Shown here piece after piece: positions 38,201-53,200 of a stretch of 60,485 nucleotides of DNA; the first letter of the stretch is position 1, and each line of letters opens with the position of its first letter. Position numbers and translations under genes: made by a program. Location of the stretch: the NCBI RefSeq assembly GCF_004010195.1, contig NC_057719.1, positions 94,593,674-94,654,158 on the forward strand, given 5' to 3'. Below the pieces are notes generated by a model. The model ran no database searches. It had not been told where the DNA came from and saw only the letters and a list, made by a program, of their open reading frames with translations. The stretch comes from Chiloscyllium plagiosum (lineage: Eukaryota).

Positions 38201-41200
38201 GCCCCTGTGAAACCCACGTCTCCGTTATGGCCACAACATCGTAGCCCCAAGTACTGATCCATGCTCTAAGTTCATCACTCTTATTTCTGACACTTGCATT
38301 AAAGCCGACACACTTCAACTGATCCCTTAGTTTCATCACATGAAAAGCCTTCCTGATAGGTTCACTACATCCTGTCACTGCCCCATCTACGACTAGCCCC
38401 CTCTTAAATATGTAGCTCTGGATCCCAACCCCTTGCCGAGCTAGTTTAAACCCTCCTGAACCACACGAGCAAATCTCCCACCCAGGACATTTGTTCCCCT
38501 CTAGTTCAGGTGCAACCTGTCCTTCATGTACAGGTCCCACCTTCCCCAGAAGGCATCCCAATGGTCTAGGTATCTGAAGCCCTCCCTCCTGCACCAGCCT
38601 CGCAGCCACGTGTTAAGCTACATTTGCTGACTGTTCCTCATCTCACTATCTCGTGGCACCGGTAGCAAACCTGAAATCACTATTGGTCCTGCTCTTCAGC
38701 TTCCAACCTAACTCTCTGCAGTCACTTTTCAGATTCTCAATCCCTTTCCTGGCTATATCACTGGTGCCAATATATACCACGATTTCTGGCTGCTCACCCT
38801 CCCCCTTCAGTATCTTGTAAACCCGATTGGCGACATCCCGGACCCTGGCACCAGGGAGACAACATACCTTCAGGGAGTCCCGTTCCTGACCACAAATTCT
38901 CCTGTCAATCCGTCTAACTATTGAGTCCCCTACCACTAGCGCTTTTCTATTCTCCCTCCCCTTTCCCTTCTGAGCCACAGTACCAGGCTCAGTGCCAGAG
39001 ACCTGACAACTATGGCTTTCCCCCGATAGGCCGTCCCCACCAGCAGTATCCAAAACGGTATACTTATTGCTGAGGGGAACGGCCACAGGGGATCCCTGCC
39101 CTATCTGTTGTTCCCCTTTCCTCCCCCGACTGTAACCCAGCTATTAATATATATTACTGACTTGAAGGAAGGAAGTAAATGTACTGTAGCCAAATTTGCT
39201 GATGACACAAACATAGGTAGAAGGCAAGTTGCGAGAGGGATAGAATTTACAAAGAGAGATTGATAGATTAAGTAATTGGGCAAAACATTGACAAATGGAG
39301 TTGATGTGGGAAGATGTAAAGTTTTTATTTTGGAAGAGAAAACAAAAAACAGTATTATTTAAATGGAGAAAAACTGCAGAAAAGTGCAACACAAAGGGAT
39401 TTGAGGGTACTTATGCAGGAAACACAGAATGCTAAATGTACAGGTGCAGCTAGTAATCAGGAAGGGTAAAGGAATGGTGGTCTTTATTTCAAGCAGGTTT
39501 GAGTATACAAGTCGGCAAGTATTGCTTTAACTGTACAAGGTGTTGGTGATGCCACATCTGGAGTACTGTGAGCTGTGTTTTGATCCTCTTATTTAAAGAA
39601 AGATTGTTTAATTGGAGACAGTTCAGAGAAGGTTCACAGTCTGATTACCAGAATGGATGGATTTACTTATGAGCAAAGACTAAACAGGTTAGGACTCTAC
39701 TCGCTGGAGAGGTGATTGCATTGAAACATAGAGATTTCTAAAGAAGGTTGACATGGTCAATGCTGAAAAGATGTTCTTGCTCATGGGAGAATCTAGGACC
39801 TAGAGGGCATAGTCTCAGAATGAAGGGGCACCAATTTAAAACTGAGATGAAAATACACTTCTTCTTTCAGAGGGTTTAGAGTCTTTGGAACCACTTGCCA
39901 CAAAGAACTGGGAGCAGAGATCTTATGTATGTTTAAAGATGAAATGGCTTTTTGATCAGCCATTTTGGAAATCAACAATTTCGGAAAAATGGCAGGAAAG
40001 TGTACGTTAGAAATGCTGGATCAGCTGTGATCCTACTGAGTGGCAGAGCAGGATTGAGGAGCCATAACAGCTGGCTCCTATTCCTATTTTATGTGATATC
40101 AGGGACCTGAAATAGTAATTCTGCTCTCCTCTCCACTAATGTTGCCAGTCCTGCTATATTAAAAAATTATTATTTCCAACACTTTTGCATTAGAGAAAAT
40201 CAAACACACAATATAATTATTTTTCACTGATTACTTGTTGGAATTTAGTATGTGCCATTTGATGTTCATAATTTTTTTGGAAGGACTTGTTTGATTCTCA
40301 ATTTTTCTCAGTATTTTTAACCTTGACATATCTATTTGAAGGTATTAATGCCATGGGACTGTACAGAATGAGTGGAGTAAATTCCAAAGTGCAGAAGCTA
40401 ATGAATACTGTATTTGGTAAGACGTTACATTAATTCTCAAAAGGAGCTGCACAGATTATACATTGCATATTTTTCATTTGATGTACTGGATTGTATATGT
40501 TTTTTAAAAAGCTTATTCTTAGATTTTCAATTATTAAACAAAGCTGTAAACTTTTACATAGACCTGTTTCATATATCCCTAAATGCCTTGGTACATTTAT
40601 TAGCTCTGTGTAGGTAAAGGTCGATTTATTGCAGATCTTTGTCTAGAGGATCTGTTTCTTAAAACATGACTTGTATGTAGATAAGACTACAACATGCATG
40701 ATGTTTTAGACATGTAAATAGAACTTTTGACGCATGGTGTATTTGGGATAGTAGTTAGTGTTTTAAAGTCAGGCAAATTTCTGCTTCATCTAACATTTTT
40801 TATCATATTTTTAAGAAAAATGAAAGTCGATTTCTATGTTAATTTTGAATCTATTCTGACTCCTTACAATGGAAGGACATCAGATGGAAATCCCATAGCA
40901 ATATTAATATCGAGCATGGCATTTCTTAATTACTTTGGCTGGCTTTCCAGAAAGTAAATATCTGCTGATGTCCTCGTATAAATATAAATGAATAATCAAG
41001 TCTCATTTTGGAGGTAAGAGGGAAAAAATGAAATAATGAGCAAAAAAAAAAATCATCATTTGCTGTTGGCAGGTTATTTTCCTCAACCTTTGCAGTATGT
41101 CATAATGAAAATATGTTTCACGTTAATAATGCAGTGTGGAGTTTTGTTAAGGATTGTGTTAAACTTTTTAAAATGAATTTTGATTGTCTGTTCCCAGTAA

Positions 41201-44200
41201 AACTTGAAATACTTGCAAGCATAAGCATCTAATTCATGCATGATATTGTGAATAATCAATTAATTAGGGGGGCAAGGTGGTTCAGTGGTTAGCACTGCTG
41301 CCTCACCACGCCAAGAACTTGGGTACAATTCCACCCTCGGGCAAATGTGTGGAGTTTGCACATTCTCCCCGTGTCTGCATGGGTTCCTCTGGATGCTCCA
41401 GTTTCCTCCCACAGTCCAAAGATGTGCTGTTTAGGTGGATTAGCCTAAGGTGGATTAGGTGGGAAATGCAAGCTTAGAGAGAGAGGGTAGGGGAGTGGGT
41501 CTGGGTGGGATGCTGTTCAGAGGGTCAGTGTGCACTCAATGAGTTGAATGGCCTGCTTCCACACTGTAGGGATTCTACAATTCTACGATTAATTTCTGTG
41601 TTATACTGTCATAATTAAAAATAACAGAAAGGTTATGCTACTCTGCATTTTTATAAACATTAATACTGGCATAATACCATAATGTCAATTATACTAGCTT
41701 GCAACAGGCAGAATTGAATAGGACACAAGGTGGTATTATTGGTAATTAATCAGACAAATGGATTAACATACAATATTTTGAAACATTTGTCCAAAGTGTA
41801 TACTTCGGCTGCTTATAATGGTACTTATTCCTTTGCAAAATTTCAATAATTGGCTAAGTTAATCATGTCCAGACACCTGACAGCCTTGTATGGCTGGGAC
41901 TGATCCTATGCATGTAATTTGTACTGTGCAGGTTTTCTGTGCTCACTGTGTTTGTGGGCAAAAAGATCCATTTATATTATGTGTCTGTGAATCACACTGC
42001 ATTTCCTGGATAAATTACTGTGCCTTTGTTATCTGTCTTTACCTGGGAGTGATAATGATAATATTATGGGACTATGGAACCTCAGGTAAATGTTATGGGG
42101 ACATGGATTGCAATCCAATTAAGACAGATGTTGGAATTCCAATTCAATAAAAATCTAGAATAAAAAAGCTAGTTTAATGATGATTGTTGATTGTTGTAAA
42201 AACCCATCCGATTCACTAATGACCTCTAGTGTCTGCAATCCTTATCTGGTCTGGCCTAAGTTTGACTCTTGACCCACAGCAATGAGGTTGACTCTTAACT
42301 GCCCTCCACCAATTTGGATAAGCAAGATGCCTCACCAGTAATGCCCACGTCTCATAAATAAATTTTTAGAAAACGTTACTCTTATGACTCATAGTCGGAA
42401 GAAACAAAAAAGAGCTTCTGAGGGCAGATAGGTAGGACAGGTGACATTTTATTGCAAATACAAGCTGACATTTGTAAATGTGTTGCTATTTTACATTGTC
42501 ATCTATCTGATCCATTCTCATTGTAACTACAGCTACAAGAATCAAGTTACATAGGTTACCCATCCTCAGCACCATATCATTTATGCTCTTGGGTCCAGCA
42601 ACTTCCCAACTTCGTCCAGAGGCTCACTGAGGATGTTACCTAGTATCGGACAAAACATCTGAAAATGAACCTTCCAGCTCAATGAGCAAACCTACAACCA
42701 GAACTTCCCAACTGCCTGACTGCTTTCAGTGAATAGCCAGACTGCCAAAAAAAATCAAACCAGAGATAAGATGAGCTGGGAGAACTGCCTTTCATTGTAC
42801 AAGTTTTTTTTAAATCTTGGAAGCCTTTTGCCTGAGGCAGTATCTATTAGCTATAATCAAATTGACTCTAGAAGCCTTCCAAGCCCAGACTTTTCTGAAC
42901 CTCTGTTTTTATGACCCCCCTGAAAAAATACCAAGGACAACATAACCTTGTTAAAAGAGCAGCATTCATCACAATAGACACATGTGCAATGATTGAATGT
43001 ATCCTGACCAAAGTACAAATTTGTTTTACTGTCTGATCAAATTGTCCAATATAATTCAACTCCGAAGTACTGGGTCATACCATTCAAAAGCAACTCCTTT
43101 GCTTGGCTATTGCACCAAATAGTAAAACTAGTATTTTTCTAATCTTCTACTCCTGCCTATTAACTTGTCGCTGATTTGGATCCAGCACTTCTGTTATGCT
43201 ACATGCTCAAGCACCACTCTCCACTGAAAGTTTAACTTGAGAATTGGATGCTACAGAAGGCAGCCATTGCAAGTTACAAAAAAGGAAATACATTTGGTTT
43301 TATCATTATGGTTTTGCTGAGGGAAATTCTATATAATGAAGAATGGCTGAGAAATGCATAATATTCCTGTAAAACCTTCATGGTTAGCAGTTGGGTTTTT
43401 TGTAAAACAAAGTCTTGATTTTTGGAAAATGGTTTGTCCTGTGTAAACTAGTTGAAGCTGTGATGTTTATCATGTTTATATTCTTCAATAAGTATACGTG
43501 TTGTAAAATTAAATTGCTGTCTTTGTTAAACTTAATATATATAATTTTCCTCTCTCGATAGCACCTAAAGCAGCACCTGACATGGAACTTGATAGTGAAT
43601 TGTGGGATATGAAGACCATTACAAGTGGCCTTAAAAACTATCTCAGGTATGGGTTAATGGGGAATAACTGGGGCTGACTTTTGCAGTTTTGATATGGTTA
43701 ATGGAGGGAGAACAAGAAGTGTGCACTCCCCTCGCTCCTACTCTCACTGTTTTGCATTTTGAGTCAGCTTTTATGAAGGGGATTTCCAATCCAAATCCTA
43801 TGTGAGGCAAAATGCCTCGCAGGAGAAGATGGGAGGTATGTTCCAGCCACCAATTTAAAGGACCCCTTCAATCTCACTCTTTCCAAAATTGTTATGTCAA
43901 TCTATAAAACTAAACAAATCAAGTCTACTGATAACAAAATGCTGTTGCTACACACGGGAAAGGTCCTGTTTGCAGGCCTTTTTGTTTGTCCCCTTGAAGC
44001 TTCCTTAGACATGGCATACCGCATTACATGTTTCCCATATGACTAATGAAAAACGGAACGTTACAGTCAATTGCTTTTTAACAGGCTTAATAGTTCTTTT
44101 TTAAAGAGGGGGTGGCTTCACATTTCAGCATTTACTCACTTTCTGTATTATCAGTGACTGGTGGAATAGAGTCAGCTTGTTTGAGCAGATATTGTCACAT

Positions 44201-47200
44201 TTTATTTTATGTTGGCTACATTTCTAGCGGATCTCACTCCTCCAATATTAGGTGCATTAGAATCTATTACATTCATATGAATGGACAAACCAGGCCTAAG
44301 TTAAAATATATGAAAGACAATGTAACTTATAAGGAAGAAATGTCAAAGCATTGTACTGCAGTGCCAGAATAAAGTTTAGACATTTAATTTTCTCAAATGA
44401 CCAGGAGGGAAATGATATGACTTTACATTCTTTTGCGGTCATGCCATCTTGTGAATTTTGTAAGTCTCAATAAAAGCTTTCATAGACAGAATACATAAGT
44501 ATTACATGTGTTCATCACTATCTATCTGACCATCTACATGTGCAGCTGCATCCCTTCCTGACATGGGGAACTTGTTGACAGCAGTAGGGCCAGCGCCTTA
44601 ATTCGTAAAACAATCTGCAGCCACACTTGGTGCTGCTAGCAACATTCCATACTGAGTACACATTGGGCTTCTCCACCCAATGTATATGCTTTACTGCAGT
44701 TCTGAAGAATGGTCACTGAGCCCAAAACATTAATTCTCTGATTTCTGTCCACAGAAGCTGAGGTTTTCTGCATATTTCTGTTTTTGTTTCTGATTTCTAG
44801 CATACAGCACAGAAACAGTCACTTTGATCGAACTAGTCCATGCTGAACATCATCCCAAACAAATCCAGTCCCACTTGCCTGTTCCTGGCCCATATTCATC
44901 TAAACCTTTCCTATTTATGTACTGATCCAAATGTCTTTTAAATGTTGTAATTGTGCTGACATCCACCGCTTCCTCAGGAAGTTAATTCCACACGCGTACC
45001 ACCCTCTGTGTAAAACATTTGCCCCCAAGTCTTTTATAAATCTCTCTTCTCTCACCTTAAAAATGAGCACTCCAGTCTTGAAATCCTCCATCCTAGGAAA
45101 AAGGCACCTACCATTAACTCTCTGTATATCCCTCATGATTTTATAAACTTCTATAAGGTCACCTCTCAACCTCCTATGCTCCAGTGGAAAAGATCCCAGT
45201 CTATCTAGCCTTTCTTTATGACTCAGATCTTCCATACCCAGCAACACCCTGGTCAATCTCTTCTGAACCCTCTCCAGCTTAATAATTGCCTCCCTGTAAC
45301 TGGGCAACCAAAACAGAACACAGTATTCCAGAACAGGCCTCACTAATGTCCTGAACAAGAACAACATGACGCACAATCTCCTGTACTCAAAGGACTGAAC
45401 AATGAAGGCAAGTGTGCTGAACACCTTTTTCACCATCCTGTCTACCTAACACTACCCAAGGCCCCACCAATAATTGTATAAGCCCTACCTTTGTTTGTTA
45501 TATTAAAATGCAATACTTCACATTCATTTTTTAATTTAGGTTTTAAAATAAATTGGGAAAGGAATTTACTAACACTCTGGCATTCTGCCATTGCTTTCCA
45601 ATACTCTGGGTACTATTCGAGAGAAGTACTCAAAGACAGTTGACAGTTTAGAATTTTGCATATGGGGGCACACATTTTTGCTACTCAGCAATTAGAAAAT
45701 CGTGGTGTTATGCTGGCATAACTAGTGGTATGTCAGGTTTGGATTTATTTGGTTGCTTGTGGTTCATCATCAAGTTACAAATCACTATAAAAATTACCAA
45801 ATGTCTAAATCCTAATCGAGGGTATTTTTTTTCTATCCTAGATGCCTTGTAGAACCATTGATGACTTATAAACTGCATAAGGATTTAATTGCAGCTGTTA
45901 GTAAGTAGCTATTATAAAGATTCAGCATTATTTTCTGCACTAGTTTGAAAGTAATAGCCTTTTAAGAGAAGACTGAGAACACAGAGTTTACATGCTTTTC
46001 ATGTTGGATGCAGCAGATAGGTCAGTTATTGCTGTGATCCTGGAGTTTTTTTATTGGTTTCTGAATCATTTCAAGTAGTGCAAATGAAAATTCAGATGTA
46101 AGCCATTCTGCCTCATGCTGAATTTTGTCAGGTTGGCAGTGGCCCCAAAAAAGGACCAGAAAGGTGGAGGCAAACCTGCTTTTCTTTCTATGCTGACATA
46201 TCCAAACTTTCAGTTGAATACTGAAAGGTTGAATAAAATTGTCATGGAGAAAATTCAATTATTAAAGTTTCAGTTTGAAGGTAAATTTCTTCCATAAATT
46301 GAGTTGTTGTGCAGTTTAAGGGGGAAAGAATGTATTTGGCCATCAGATAGTCATTATTTTAAAATACATTCTTTGAATGAAAGGTATCATGCAAACTGAA
46401 ATATCAGTTTAATCTACTATTAATTCTAGCATTTTTAAAAAGTGTCAATAGACACTTAGGGCAGCACGGTGGCACAGTGGTTCGCACCACTGCCTCTCAG
46501 CGCCAGAGACCCGGGTTCAATTCTCGCCTCAGGCGACTCTCTGTGTGGAGTTTGCACATTCTCCCCGTGTCTGCGTGGGTTTCCTCCGGGTGCTCCGGTT
46601 AGGTGAATTGGCCGTGCTAAATTGTAGTGTTGGGGAAGGGGTAAATTTAGGGGAATGGGTCTGGGTGGGTTGCGCTTCAGCGGGTCGGTGTGGACTTGTT
46701 GGGCTGAAGGGCCTGTTTTCACACTGGAAGTAAGTAATCTAATCTATAGACTGAATCTATTGTACAAACTTCTACAGAATCAGATGACCAAAATTACAGA
46801 GTTCGTGCTGTTCATGCATTGGTTTATAAATTGCCAGAAAAGAACAGAGAGATGCTTGACCTTTTGCTGAAACATTTGGTGAAGTGAGTAGTTTTATGTT
46901 CTTTCAGTCATTACAAGATGTCTGTCAATGGTAATCATGCTTATTTAATTTATTTTGCATTTTAGAAATGTAATTTAACATCTTGAAATTAGTTTACTGT
47001 TTTATAACACTTCATAATTTTAATGTCAGAGTAATCTGTTAATTGAAGGATACTGGTAATGTCATTACTTGCAAGGATGAAATGTGAGTGTTTTTGATAA
47101 AATGCATTAACTTTCTCCAATCAAATTAATCTATAAGGTACCAACTTAATTCTTAATTTTAAAGTGTTTCAGACTACTCAAGTATTTAACAACATAGTCA

Positions 47201-50200
47201 ATTTAGGATAGTCTCAATACTGAACAAGTCTCTCCCACCAGATGTACTATTATACCTAATTTTTGCACGTTCCTCAACTTTGGACCACTACGAATACCCC
47301 AACCTTCAACCAAACTATTCTAGCTTGGAATCAAATAGCAAAACGTATACAAAATCAAATTATAATACAAAATACGAATAAAATGTAGACCTTGAAAATG
47401 GGGCTGAATTGCATCTGTTACCTTGGTTCAATTATCCTTCCAACTTTTCCTTCATATGTTTTTTCCCTACCCTTTTCAAAGTGTTCTCTCTAGTGACAGA
47501 AAATTGAAAGGTTTATGCCCAAAACATTAACTCTCCTGCTCCTAGGATGCTGCCTGACCTGCTGTGCTTTTCCAGCACCACACTTTTCAACTCTGATCTC
47601 CAGCATCTGCAGTCCTCACCTTCTCATAGGATCTTTGTGTCAAAGACAAAGTGACCATTATTCATGTGAACCTTTATAGTTGAAATCCAGCAAATTATTC
47701 ACTGAAAGGACTTGACAAACATGAGAATGTGCTTCCAGTAAATGTGTCTTGGCGATTAGAGCTGGAACACTTTTCTCCATCAAATCTACACTGTATTATC
47801 TAGTTAAATAACTTTAACTCTAACTTCTAAACTGACCAGGGATGGAAACATGGATCTCTCAAATAATGAAAATCTTGTGAAAACATTGGCTAGAAAAAGT
47901 AAAGAATAATATCTAATTTAAACAAAGTTCGAATTGACAGATGTACTCCAGGCTGCCAGTTCAGAAAATGTGCTTTTCCTTTGAACAACTTACAAAATAA
48001 ATGAGTGCAATAATAATGGTAGCAAACATGAAGAGAAAATATGACCAAGGTAAATTAGTCATACCTCACATGGATGACCTACAAAACTTTACAAAAAAAC
48101 CTCTCCTCCAGTATCATGTCCTGGAACCTAGAGTTCACATTAAAAGCGAGGAACATAGTGCAGATTTTCTGTTAGCCATTAATCATTTCTGCAGTATCGA
48201 TGGGAGTTAAACATGGGCACCCCAGTTGTTTGGAAGAATATTTATGTTTGCAGAACAGTTCAGATCCACATAATGGCTATGTATCAAATTGTAAAAGTAA
48301 AACAAATGAACCAAAAGAAAAAGGCATTGAGGAGATGAAGTAGTTTGAATAAAAATATGTTTTTGGTTCAGATAAATACAAAGCTGAGATTGGGAAAGGG
48401 ACTTGCCAAACAAATTTAGAATGGAATTGCATCTAAATGATCTTCGAGCATTAGGCATTGTTACGACACAGAGGCCAAACCCCTCTGTTAATAAAAACCA
48501 AACATCCAGAAAAGTTCGCCTCATAATCTGTTAAAAGTATGAGGAAGTGAAAGAGAACTCCTAAGTTCCATTATTTAAAGAAAAATAACAATTTATTTTC
48601 CTAATAGAACACTAAACAAAACTATTAACAAATCCAAGCCCCCTTTTTTCTCAACTAATTACTATCTGACCCAGACTCTATAAAAATGTTACTCTCATAA
48701 TACAGTTATTAAACATTACATTAACCAAATTCCAAGTCCACACAGTCTCTCTCTTCTCCACTGTCTTCAGTCTTCTGTCTGCTCATCTCCCTGGGTCATC
48801 TTCTTACTTTTTACTGCTTTTACAGGAAAACGTACCTTTTGATGGAGAGTGCCTTCTTATTTCTTTGAGAGCAAGATGTTAGATAGGATGTTAGCTCTAC
48901 AGCAGTTGGTCTCCTGTTCGGTGGCAGTTGCTCTAACCAATTTTCATAATGCCCTGGTTTTATACCCCCCTTTCCCCCCCAACATCGTACCCTATCATTG
49001 GTCCGATGCTGTCAATACAATAAATTCAAACTAAATTGGATTTTAGTATCCTGGGCAAAATTTAAATTAATTGGTTAAATTTGAATTGTTGTCAAAACAG
49101 CATCCAAACTTGGGTACCCATTTAACAGTCAGTTGCTACATGTGTATATTTTGGAACAGCCCATCTCTTACTTGTTATATCCTGCAGCCGTTGCTTTACT
49201 TTACATTTACTTTAAAAATTCAGAAAACACTTTCTATCTTAAAGTGAACATACACTCTTTCAAGAGTCCTCAAACACAACTCTTTTCAGATCATTTTTCT
49301 TTGCAATATATGGTGGCAGAAACTTAAATTAAAGAGTAACAAGAGAACAGGATCAGTGAGTTTCTGATAAATACCTCTTTGAATGAAAACCTCAGGGAAT
49401 GATAGTGAACTTGCAGAGACTCAGAACAAACAATTTTGATGTAACTACTTTCTCTTAGAAATAAGGGAAACCAGGGAAGATGGATTGTATTCAAGAAGAC
49501 ATGGAATGCATTTCTGGCAGAAGAAGTGATTAAAAGGTGCAAGAGATAGCTGATACATTGCCTAAAGTATAATGATCTCTTTCAGCCTTAATATTCCTAC
49601 ATTGTCATAGATTCAGCTGCTTTGTCCATTTCCCAGTTATAAATAAATGTAAATGCCACTTCTGAATGCAATAATTTTCACAATCTGTAATTTCAGAGTT
49701 TCCACTCACAGTCAAAAGAACCTGATGACTATATCTAACTTAGGTGTGATTTTTGGTCCAACATTAATGAGATCCCAAGAAGAGACTGTAGCAGCAATGA
49801 TGAACATTAAATTTCAGAACATTGTGGTTGAGATTCTGATTGAGAATTATGAAAAGGTAGGATTGAAATTTTTTTCTTTTCAGTGGCTATATTTCATATT
49901 TTAAATAGTTCATTGTCATAAGTCATGGATAAAGACAAAACAAAAATGTTTCCTTTTAAAGTTGTCTTCCTGCTTATTTCATATTCATTATATCTGCCAT
50001 CTGTCCATGTATTGAGTCCCAATTTTCCCCATTTTATAAATGATAGGTGGTGACTAACTTGCCGCTCCCACTACTGAGGATTTTTCGCCAAATTGCACAC
50101 CAATGAGCTAGTTGGGAGATTCCCAGTAATCCTCTCAGCATATTAGAAGCATCAACACTGGTGTCCCAGCTCACTAGAACGTCAGCCAAGCAGAGACCAG

Positions 50201-53200
50201 CAGCTTATGGGTCCTAAAGGCTGTCAATCAAGACCCACTTTTAAGAGAATCCAATGCCAATGTAGTCTTTTTACTTGGCTTTTAACTCTAGCCCCCACCG
50301 TCTCACAAAGATAGATAGACAAATGGACATGCTTAAGGAATGTATAAAAGTATAAAATAAATTAGATGTAACTGGCCAGGTCACTTGGGCAGACTGCATG
50401 ACCTATAACATCACTGATTATATGGGATTACATCTTGCTCGGCTTCTGACAACACGATGCATGCAGATTGTTTCCAGTAGGCTTTGAGGAATATTCACTT
50501 AATTATTATAAGAGATTCTATTCATCAGACTTGCAATAATTTGCTAATGTGAGCACAACCAGAGAGCAATCACACCTCTGTCCTGGTCAAAACCAATGCA
50601 AACTTTGCCATTGTCCTTCTAGATGATAAAGGTCACAAATTTAGAAGGTGAAATGGAAGAAACTTTGGTGAGTATTGCAGTGCTTTCTTATAGGTGATAG
50701 ATGGGTTAACAATTGAGCGGGCTACTTTGTCCTGCTAGGTGTCAATACCCATCCAAACAAGAGGGGCGTATTCCCATCACACTCTTAACGTGTGCTTTGT
50801 AAATGGTGGACATGCTTTGGAGAATCAGGAAGTGATTTACAGCAAAGTTCCTAGTCTCTAAGCTGCTTTTGTAACCACAGCATTTTTATGACTAATCCAG
50901 TTCAGCTTCTGGCCAGTGATAACACCCCAGAATGTTGAAGGAAAGGTATTCAGCAATGGTAATGCTCTTTTTAGAGATGATCATTGCCTGCTACTTGTGT
51001 GGCATGAATGTTACTAAATGCTTATCAGTAGAAGCCTGCATATTGCCCAGATCTTGCTGCATATGGACACAGACTATTTCAATATCTGAGCAGTTGTGAA
51101 TGGAAATTTCATTCCTGACCTTATGATGGAGGGAAGGTTATTAATGAAGCAGCCGCTGATGGTTGGGCATAGGACAGTACCCTGAAAAACTTCAGGGATG
51201 CCCTGGAGCTGAACAAACACATCTACCCATCGCTGAGCAAGTGGGACACCAAACATTGTAAGTGACAACTGGCTGATCAGAGAGCAGTGGCACAGAATGG
51301 TGACTGAAATTGATGACTACAGACAAATTTGTGAGCAATATACTTTGGCAAAAGCAGAAAGGGTATTTCACCTGACATGAGATCCTCAGTTGCCAAGAGA
51401 TCTCTGGTGATCTTTACAATGGATTTTACAGTCCCTGACCCCGGCAGATTTTGGACAAAACACATTCTTGTGCTCACTGATTAGATTCCCTTCAGTGTGG
51501 AAACAGGCCCTTGGGCCCAACCAGTCCACACCGACCCTCTGAAGAGTAACCCGCCCAGACCCATTTCTCTCTGACTAATGCACCTAACACTATGGACAAT
51601 TTAGCACGGCCAATTCACCTGACCTGCACATCTTTGGACTGTGGGAGGAAACCAGAGCACCCGGAGAAAACCCACGCAGACACGGGGAGAACGTGCAAAC
51701 TCCACACAGACAGTTGCCCATGGCTGGAATCAAACCTGGGATCCTGGTGCTATGAGGCAGCAGTGCTAACCACTGAGTCATCAAGACCTGCATTAATTTA
51801 GTGTCTTCACTAAATTAATGAAGGTCATTCCCACCTGTGATAAATAGGTCTCAGCAATAGCCAGAGTATTAGTACACTTTTGCTTGTCCATTTTATTCCT
51901 CTTGGTGGTATTCATAGTTTTATTAGATTACTTTACAGTGTGGAAACAGGCCCTTCGGCCCAAAAAGTCCACACCGACCCGCCGAAGCGTAACCCACCCA
52001 TACCCCTACATTTACCCCTTACCTAACACTACGGGCAATTTAGCATGGCCAATTCACCTGACCTGCACATCTTTGGACTGTGGGAGGAAACCGGAGCACC
52101 CGGAGGAAACCCACGCAGACACGGGGAGAATGTGCAAACTCCACACAGTCAGTCGCCTGAGGCGGGAATTGAACCCGGGTCTCTGGCGCTGCGAGGCAGC
52201 AGTGCTAACCACTGTGCCACCGTGCCGCCCACTTGCCACCCTGCCGCCCACTGCCACCGTGCCGCCCACACGGTGATCGGACACAACTCAACTTCAGGAG
52301 CAAGAATCATACAGGAGCTTTGAAAGGAGTTTTGGCAATATCAACGTCTGCAAAAGACCCAATCAGGCAACTGTACTCTCTATGACCATTTGTGCATCTT
52401 GACTCCTGAGACTAAACAAAAGGGGGCATTGTACCTGCTGTATTTAATGAACGTAGTTACTATGAGATCCTTTTCTTATAGACTTAAGACACTGAGACTA
52501 TTTGGAGTAGAGTCGAGAAAGCTAAAAGATTTAATAGTGACTTTCAGTTTTGATCAGGTTATTATGGAAGCACTATTTCTTAGATCTGGGGAGCAGTGGA
52601 AGATTTTAAATGGCCACTAATGGAGATAAGAGAGAATTTAGAAGAGATTTTTGTATATAATTATTACAATATAAAATCTTGCAATGTGGAGCAGTTGAGG
52701 AACACCATTGCTATTTTCAAAGTTGAAGCAGTGACTGGGAGATCAGACGGTTGTTTGATTTTTCAAAAAAATATGTGGAAGGACCATGTTCAGTCAAATT
52801 GACCCCTTCTGTCCTGTAAAACTTAACAATAATTGAATACACACAGTGAAGGTTTTTGCTTAAGAACTGGACTGAAAAATAGTACAGATATTATTGTGCT
52901 ATAATCTCATTGGTGCAGTATTGTGTGTGTGTGTATACATGTTTGTGTGCATCTGGAGTATTGTGTGCAGTTTTGGTCGCCATACTAGAGGAAGGATGTG
53001 GAGGCACTGGAACGGGTGCAGAGGAGGTTTACCAGGATGTTGCCTGGGTTCGCCGAGCTGGAAGTTTTTGTTGCAAACGTTTCGTCCCCTGGCTAGGCGA
53101 CATCATCAGTGCTTGGGAGCCTCCTGCGAAGCGCTTCTTTGATGTTTCCTCCGGTGTTTACAGTGGTCTGTCCCTCCCTATCCGGGCATTGGATAGGCTT

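Larger units (their letters stand above)
35175..40090 (+). mobile_element. old CR1 ORF2 split into 35175-35655 and 39145-40090 by a younger insertion
   Basis: left part gtcagcatggcttcatgaaa...; right part aaatttgctgatgacacaaa (FADDT) and a CR1 tail, continuing in RT order. Confidence 0.75.

Noticed and set aside
51590..52323. Recurrent small ORFs ([40 protein letters not shown])
   Set aside because: Translations of V-SINE sequence, not genes.
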